DNA of 64,000 bases, from positions 73,868 to 137,867 of the forward strand of contig OZ246398.1 in the NCBI GenBank assembly GCA_965230995.1, in the 5' to 3' direction. Position 1 is the first letter of the stretch. Every line of letters starts with the position of its first letter. Position numbers and translations under genes: made by a program. This DNA is from an uncultured Candidatus Saccharibacteria bacterium (lineage in GTDB: Bacteria > Patescibacteriota > Minisyncoccia > Phycocordibacterales > G965230995). Under the pieces are notes generated by a model. The model was not told the origin of the DNA, searched no databases, and was given only the letters and a program-made list of their open reading frames with translations. Shown in pieces: positions 58,521 to 64,000 of this stretch.

Positions 58521-59576
58521 TTATTGCACCAGTTTTGAAATAACTACATCACTCTGAAGTATTCTGTTAGCAAATTTTGCTCCAGCATATCCCTCTGGAA
58601 TATAATTATTTGAATTAATTTTATCTATAACACAAGATGCCGACTTGGTACCACAAGATGCCAGAGCATGCCCAGTTGCCATAAGAGATTGGTACACATT
58701 AGCCATAGCAGACACCTGATCGAAAGTAGCATTCGGATACATTTGTTTTGCCTTTTCTTTAAATGCTTCACTTAGCGGTATTTCAAAGACAGTAACCTTA
58801 TTTTTTGCCGTACCCGACAGACTATTTAAATTATTTTCTGTAGCACAATCTTGCTTGTAGCAGAATACTTTTGCATTCACGCCTAATTCAACATTTTGTT
58901 TTATTAGGTTAAAAGAATCGGCTTCATACATAATGCTGAAAATATAGTCTGGGTGAAAATCCTTATTTTGAGTCAAAATAGTACGAAAATCATTACCGGT
59001 GATATTCTCGATAATCTTAATGTTTGACGTAGGTATAACTTTTTCAAGACCATTCATACAGTACGGCACAACATCAACTAATTTTGATAATATAAGTATT
59101 CTTGTGTTTGGATTTGCGTAAGCTTTTGTAAATTTTTCGCAGACCACCTCATAACCCACAAATGTTTTAACAGTATTTGGATTGTCTTCAGCAATTTTTT
59201 GATTGAACGCACTATAGACAAGCACTTTATCTGCACTTTTTGCTATAGGAGCAATGGAACTAGCCATACCAGAAAATTCGGTATAAAGCACATCCACTTT
59301 ATCTATATCAAGCATTTTTTTTGCAACTGTTGCCGCAACAGAGACATTACTTTGACTGTCTTCAACAATAATTGACACATTATTTTTGCCATACTCATTT
59401 TCCAAATCAATTCGTGCAAGGTTTATCCCCATCTTTACTCCCTCACCCCAAAAGGCACCGAAGCCGGTTTCTGGTATAGCAGCTCCTATTGAAATCATCT
59501 TTTTATCTGACGAACCAAAGAAGATTATCAATGAAACAACGACCAGAACGACTAAACTAATGATTATTTTTTTCAT
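58521..59576 (-). CDS. periplasmic binding protein type 1 (LivJ-like) b
   Basis: 351 aa, ISIGAAIPETGFGAFWG. Confidence 0.65.
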   Translation of the reverse strand: MKKIIISLVVLVVVSLIIFFGSSDKKMISIGAAIPETGFGAFWGEGVKMGINLARIDLENEYGKNNVSIIVEDSQSNVSVAATVAKKMLDIDKVDVLYTEFSGMASSIAPIAKSADKVLVYSAFNQKIAEDNPNTVKTFVGYEVVCEKFTKAYANPNTRILILSKLVDVVPYCMNGLEKVIPTSNIKIIENITGNDFRTILTQNKDFHPDYIFSIMYEADSFNLIKQNVELGVNAKVFCYKQDCATENNLNSLSGTAKNKVTVFEIPLSEAFKEKAKQMYPNATFDQVSAMANVYQSLMATGHALASCGTKSASCVIDKINSNNYIPEGYAGAKFANRILQSDVVISKLVQ

Positions 59577-59731
59577 ATGTTTAATAAATATTATTAATAG
59601 ACAATATTATATTAATAATGGCAAATTCTGTCATAACTTAATACGCATATATCTATATATGCTGTGCTATGGCTCTATATATAGATATTAATCTCTTTAC
59701 TTTCTGTCACTTTTTGTGATAGAATTGATAG

Positions 59732-60475
59732 ATGGAAAATTTAGAACAAAATCTAGAAACTTACGGCTTGGATTCAAGGGAATCTCAGATATATGTTTTC
59801 TTATTAAAAAACAAGGATATCCCAGTTACACTAATACAAAAGGAGACCGTGCTACCCAGAGCCACTATATACAAAATTCTAGATAAACTATCACACAAGG
59901 GGCTAGTTACCAGTTGGACAAAAAATAACGTCAGACATTATTCTGCAGAGTCACCTCACATCTTAGAAAAAACAATTGAAAATAGACGACTAGCACTTAA
60001 CGAAGTCATGCCAGAATTAACAAGGCTTTTTGGTATAAATACAAAAAACCCTACATCAAAGCTATACATTGGGAAAGACGGCGTAAAAACAGCATACGAA
60101 ATAATTCTAGAAAAACTAAAACAACACAGAAAGACACGCATTTTAGTTTATACCGACGGAGGATTAGTCGAAATATTGCCAAAATTTTATACAGAGTGGA
60201 AGAAAAAAAGAGATCAAACTGGAGCATTTACAGAATTACTCACACCAGCAAAACTCAGTATCGAGAGGGGCTACCAATCGGATCCTTTTCGAGAAGTTAG
60301 ATATATGCAGGGCGACCTCCCATTCAAAGGAAGTTTCAATGTTGTCGATTCATTAGTTATTTTCTTTTCATTCAAAGAAGAAAATACTTATTCGGTCGTT
60401 ATAGACTCCCCTGTCATCGCCGAAATGATGACTGGTATATTCAAATATTTCTGGAATACGCTTGGTAATAGATAA
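59732..60475 (+). CDS. TrmB-like transcriptional regulator b
   Basis: GLDSRESQIYVFLLKNKDIPVTLIQKETVLPRATIYKILDKLSHKGLV; C-terminus YSVVIDSPVIAEMMTGIFKYFWN. Confidence 0.5.
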   Translation: MENLEQNLETYGLDSRESQIYVFLLKNKDIPVTLIQKETVLPRATIYKILDKLSHKGLVTSWTKNNVRHYSAESPHILEKTIENRRLALNEVMPELTRLFGINTKNPTSKLYIGKDGVKTAYEIILEKLKQHRKTRILVYTDGGLVEILPKFYTEWKKKRDQTGAFTELLTPAKLSIERGYQSDPFREVRYMQGDLPFKGSFNVVDSLVIFFSFKEENTYSVVIDSPVIAEMMTGIFKYFWNTLGNR

Positions 60476-60527
60476 AAGTTACAATCAGTTATTGCTACAA
60501 GCAATATTCTATGATATAATATAAAAA

Positions 60528-60838
60528 CCTGTTAGATAGACGCGGGGCGTAAGCTCTGAGGAAAGTCCGAACACAGCCAAGTATTTTACTTGGAGCAAGG
60601 TAGTGGGTAACACCCATCTGTCGAAAGACACGAGGTGCGAGCAGTGACGCCAAAGGCGAAAGCCCTAGGATTCCTTTGGGAATAATTTGATAGAAATATC
60701 AAAGTGAAACGGCTAAATCCTTATCCCTGTGCAAGGCCGTGCCGGTCGCAAGATCGGAGTGCCGCTTGAGCCGGCAAGTAATTGCCGGCCTAGATTAATG
60801 GCTATCCACGACAGAATTCGGCTTACAGACAGGCATAT
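60528..60838 (+). ncRNA. rnpB: RNase P RNA (bacterial type A-like, reduced)
   Basis: P4 strands GAGGAAAGUCCGAAC (60558-) and ACAGAAUUCGGCUUAC (60811-60826); GGUAAC loop (GUGGGUAACACCCAU), GUGAAACGG, GGUGCGAGCAGUGACGCC; TATAAT at 60515-60520; P1 CCUGU/ACAGG; terminator 60841-60868. Confidence 0.8.
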
Positions 60839-60876
60839 GAAAACCGCAAGCGTTCCGCTTGCGGTTTTCTCTTTGA

Positions 60877-61995
60877 TTACAGATCAACAATCTTTCCTTT
60901 TACTATTTCTCGAAACACTGGCTTTCTATCAACTTCACAATCCTCGTTAAATGTAAGCGTTCCTGTTACCGCAGAATAATTTTCTAATTGGCTTATATAC
61001 TCTCCGACTTTCTTTGGATTATCACCAACGGCTTTTATGGCATCAAGTAATATCACGATTGGATCATAAGTAGCAACGACAAATAGAGGTGCTTCGCTTT
61101 TATATTTTTCCTGATATTTAGCTTTAAAATCTCTTGCTATATCAGAATCGCTACTCTGTATGCTCGACTGATATTCGTAATCAACAAATTTTGCATTACC
61201 AAGTAATGCTTTGTCATTCAGAGATGGATTGTTTACTGTGTAGTAATCAGTAATTATTGGCAAAACAATACCGAGTTCTCTCATTTGGTTTAACATAGGT
61301 TCAATTGTATTGGTCACTTGTGCAATTACAATGGCATCATTTTCACCCTGTCTTGCTTTTATCTTTGTGAGATTAGTTCTATAGTCACCAACAGAATTTT
61401 GTGTGTTATAAAATTCTGAAATCAATATATCCCCCTTAAATTCCTTTTTTAATTCCTCATATATTCCCCTACCATATTCATTATCTGGTAGTAGCGTTGC
61501 AATTTTTTGATATTTATTCTTTTCAAGTAGTTCAGAATATGCTGGACCAAAGTTTTTTGCAGTAAGCGCTATCCTGCATGACATATTATCTCCATCAAAA
61601 TATGCCGGCGTCGTCGGTATTCCAGTAATAATCAAATTTCCATCCTTTAATACAGTTTCTCTCAGAGAAGCAACAACAGGACTTCCGTCAGTCACAATAT
61701 ATTTAACACCGCGAAATTTCAGCTCGTTGTATGAATTAAGTGCAATTTTAGGATCATAACCTGAATCTGAAATGATTATTTCTACCGGTCTCCCATCTAT
61801 ACCGCCCTCGGCATTAATCTTTTCTTGTGCCAAATACACGGCTCTTTTCTGTGTTTCTCCCAATGCCGATGCTGGACCAGTCAAAAACAACTGAACACCA
61901 ATTTTTATTGATTCTTTATTGTCGTTTTTCAAAAACACAAAACTCACAACAACAATAACCAGAATCACTCCGAGCAGTATTTTTAATATTTTCAT
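60877..61995 (-). CDS. periplasmic binding protein type 1 (LivJ-like) c
   Basis: 372 aa, IKIGVQLFLTGPASALG. Confidence 0.65.
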   Translation of the reverse strand: MKILKILLGVILVIVVVSFVFLKNDNKESIKIGVQLFLTGPASALGETQKRAVYLAQEKINAEGGIDGRPVEIIISDSGYDPKIALNSYNELKFRGVKYIVTDGSPVVASLRETVLKDGNLIITGIPTTPAYFDGDNMSCRIALTAKNFGPAYSELLEKNKYQKIATLLPDNEYGRGIYEELKKEFKGDILISEFYNTQNSVGDYRTNLTKIKARQGENDAIVIAQVTNTIEPMLNQMRELGIVLPIITDYYTVNNPSLNDKALLGNAKFVDYEYQSSIQSSDSDIARDFKAKYQEKYKSEAPLFVVATYDPIVILLDAIKAVGDNPKKVGEYISQLENYSAVTGTLTFNEDCEVDRKPVFREIVKGKIVDL

Positions 61996-62150
61996 ATTAA
62001 TAAATCATTTATATTAATGGTCATATTATAGGTGTTTCATTGATTGACGTCATAAAATTTTACTCACAAATCACATTTTGTATATATACCCTTTATTTAA
62101 AAGGTAAAAAAGCCATTTACTTTCGTCATAAATTATGACACTATACTAGT

Positions 62151-62891
62151 ATGGATAAAATAGAGCAGAGTTTAATAAAGTATGGGCTAAGTCAAAGAGA
62201 GACCCGTGTTTATTTATTTTTGTTAAAAAATAAAGACATCGACGTAACAACCATAGGCAAATCCCTATCCTACCCTCGTGCAACTGTTTATAAAACATTA
62301 GACGATCTGAAGACTAAAAACCTTGTTTCTAGCTGGGTTAAAAACGGGATTAGACATTATTATGCTGAAAATCCAAAAACAATAGAAAAAGATGCTCAAG
62401 AAAAAATGGAGATGATCAAAGAAATAATTCCTGACCTGAGCCTTTTTTTTGGCACAGTGACAAAAAATCCAAAGATTTTTCTATACGAAGGTACAAACGG
62501 GATTAAAAATGCTTATGACATGTTGCTTGAAAAAATAAGCACAAAGAAAAATTTACGAATGTATGTCTACACCGACGGCGAACTGATTCCAAAATTACCT
62601 AGATTTTTCAAGGAATGGCGAAAAAAGAGACTTGTCGCGCCCGCAACATCACAAATAATCATACCGGAATCATTTTTGTCGTCTTCTGATTATAAAAGCG
62701 ACGCGCACAGAGAAACCCGTGTAATAAAAGGCGAGTCACCAATGGTAGGTACATTTAACATCTGTGATTCTTTGGTTTTATTTTTTTCGTATAAAGAAGG
62801 AAATATGTATTCAATTGTCATTGACTCACCTGTCATCGCCGAAATGATGACCGGAATATTCAAATATGTATGGAATAGTTTAGAGAAATAA
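62151..62891 (+). CDS. TrmB-like transcriptional regulator c
   Basis: GLSQRETRVYLFLLKNKDIDVTTIGKSLSYPRATVYKTLDDLKTKNLV; C-terminus nearly identical to regulator b. Confidence 0.5.
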   Translation: MDKIEQSLIKYGLSQRETRVYLFLLKNKDIDVTTIGKSLSYPRATVYKTLDDLKTKNLVSSWVKNGIRHYYAENPKTIEKDAQEKMEMIKEIIPDLSLFFGTVTKNPKIFLYEGTNGIKNAYDMLLEKISTKKNLRMYVYTDGELIPKLPRFFKEWRKKRLVAPATSQIIIPESFLSSSDYKSDAHRETRVIKGESPMVGTFNICDSLVLFFSYKEGNMYSIVIDSPVIAEMMTGIFKYVWNSLEK

Positions 62892-62949
62892 GAACAAAGA
62901 AAACCGCAAGCGTTCCGCTTGCGGTTTTCTTTTTGCGACAAATAATGGT

Positions 62950-64000
62950 TTATTCCAATACTTTCCACTTTCCTCCTTCTGCTTCAATCATCAACACTTC
63001 TCTGTTTGATCTTCCCTTTTCATCAAAGGTAACTAGTCCGGCAACCCCGTCATATTCTATATTCTCTACTGTCTCTGAAAAACAATCGTTATCCAGCGTA
63101 TCGTTTTTGAAACATTTTTCAAAACCAGCTTTTATAATATACATATCATCGTATGGATAGACGATAACTGGTGAGATTCCCTCTCCAAAACGTGCTTTAT
63201 ATTTTGCAATAAACTGATTTGTTTTTTCTGAATTACCAACATCGGCAAAACCATACCAAGTGCTCACAGTATTATTTTCCGAGAACAATTGCCTCATTTC
63301 TGCAGTATCGGCTACAGGGAGTGTTGGTGCAGTATATTGGAATGTTTGAGTTCCAATATGACCCATATCATTTAGCTGTTTAATGAGCAAATGTGCGTGC
63401 CTCCATGCACAAGCAATCAAAACATCGTCGTCATTTAAATCTAATTTTGTAATGCTCGTTCGCAAGTCTGTTGCATTTGATTGAAAATATTCTTGTTTTT
63501 CTACATTTATTGCAGAACCTTTTAACACTTTCTTTGCTGAATCGACATACAACTGGCAAACATCACTTTGTTCTGAAATTATTTTTACAGGACGTGAATT
63601 TCCAACACGGTTTATGACTTCGTTTGCAATTGCCACACCACTATGTTCAGTATCAAAGCTGTCTCTAAAAAATATCTCGCTTTGTTCGGCTATCCTGCCA
63701 TCGTTTGCGGAATAGAACATCGGCTTTTTTGCATCCATTACTGTTTGGCTGATTGCCTGAGTAAGATTGGTTCTACCAGAGAAAATCACATCTGCTCCAG
63801 ATAAAATGAGTTTCTGCGCAACAGATGCTGCAACTTTCGGATCACCCTGATTGTCTTCTGATATAATTTCTACTCTCTTTCCAGCAATACCTCCATTTTT
63901 GTTTATTTCTTCTGCCGCTAAAATCAGAGCATTTGTATCTGACTGCCCCAAGAAAGCAAGGCTTCCGCTCAGCGCTGAGTTATTTCCAATCTTAATTACA
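62950..64000 (-). CDS. periplasmic binding protein type 1 (LivJ-like) d, N-terminus beyond window end
   Basis: Reading frame stays open upstream of the TTG picked by the ORF track: ...VIKIGNNSALSGSLAFLGQSD continues the typical binding-protein N-terminus to position 64000. Confidence 0.6.
   Translation of the reverse strand, partial: VIKIGNNSALSGSLAFLGQSDTNALILAAEEINKNGGIAGKRVEIISEDNQGDPKVAASVAQKLILSGADVIFSGRTNLTQAISQTVMDAKKPMFYSANDGRIAEQSEIFFRDSFDTEHSGVAIANEVINRVGNSRPVKIISEQSDVCQLYVDSAKKVLKGSAINVEKQEYFQSNATDLRTSITKLDLNDDDVLIACAWRHAHLLIKQLNDMGHIGTQTFQYTAPTLPVADTAEMRQLFSENNTVSTWYGFADVGNSEKTNQFIAKYKARFGEGISPVIVYPYDDMYIIKAGFEKCFKNDTLDNDCFSETVENIEYDGVAGLVTFDEKGRSNREVLMIEAEGGKWKVLE

Overview
This window comes from an AT-rich, small-genome bacterium with Candidate Phyla Radiation (Patescibacteria) hallmarks. 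There is no rpmD (L30) between rpsE and rplO, ribosomal proteins carry terminal extensions, tRNA-Ile has a UAU anticodon, and TTG starts are used. The lineage call is an inference. Core content: tRNA-Ser(GCU), recG, a cation/proton antiporter, a pgl-like gene, ftsH, smpB with adjacent tmRNA (ssrA), infC-rpmI-rplT, an RNase J-like gene, ndk, a VirB4-like ATPase, map, two tandem adk paralogs, and a long minus-strand str/S10/spc ribosomal superoperon (rpsL, rpsG, fusA, tuf, rpsJ ... rplO, secY) interrupted twice by non-ribosomal genes. It also holds rpmB, a split comEC flanking a sod-like gene, rnhA, recJ, a HIT gene, RNase P RNA (rnpB), and an array of four periplasmic-binding-protein genes paired with three (four including an upstream one) TrmB-like regulators. 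Five short islands with visibly higher G+C are embedded in this backbone, each a self-contained promoter/small-ORF/terminator unit; G+C was judged by eye, not computed. One island carries two complete type-III hammerhead ribozymes in direct orientation, 314 nt apart, which is the most striking unexplained feature of the window. Other signals are tandem 157-bp repeats carrying copies of the tRNA-Ile 3' end, inverted and direct partial copies of the tmRNA 3' end, a HEAT-repeat gene with near-identical DNA repeats, and an unclassified structured RNA candidate next to ndk.
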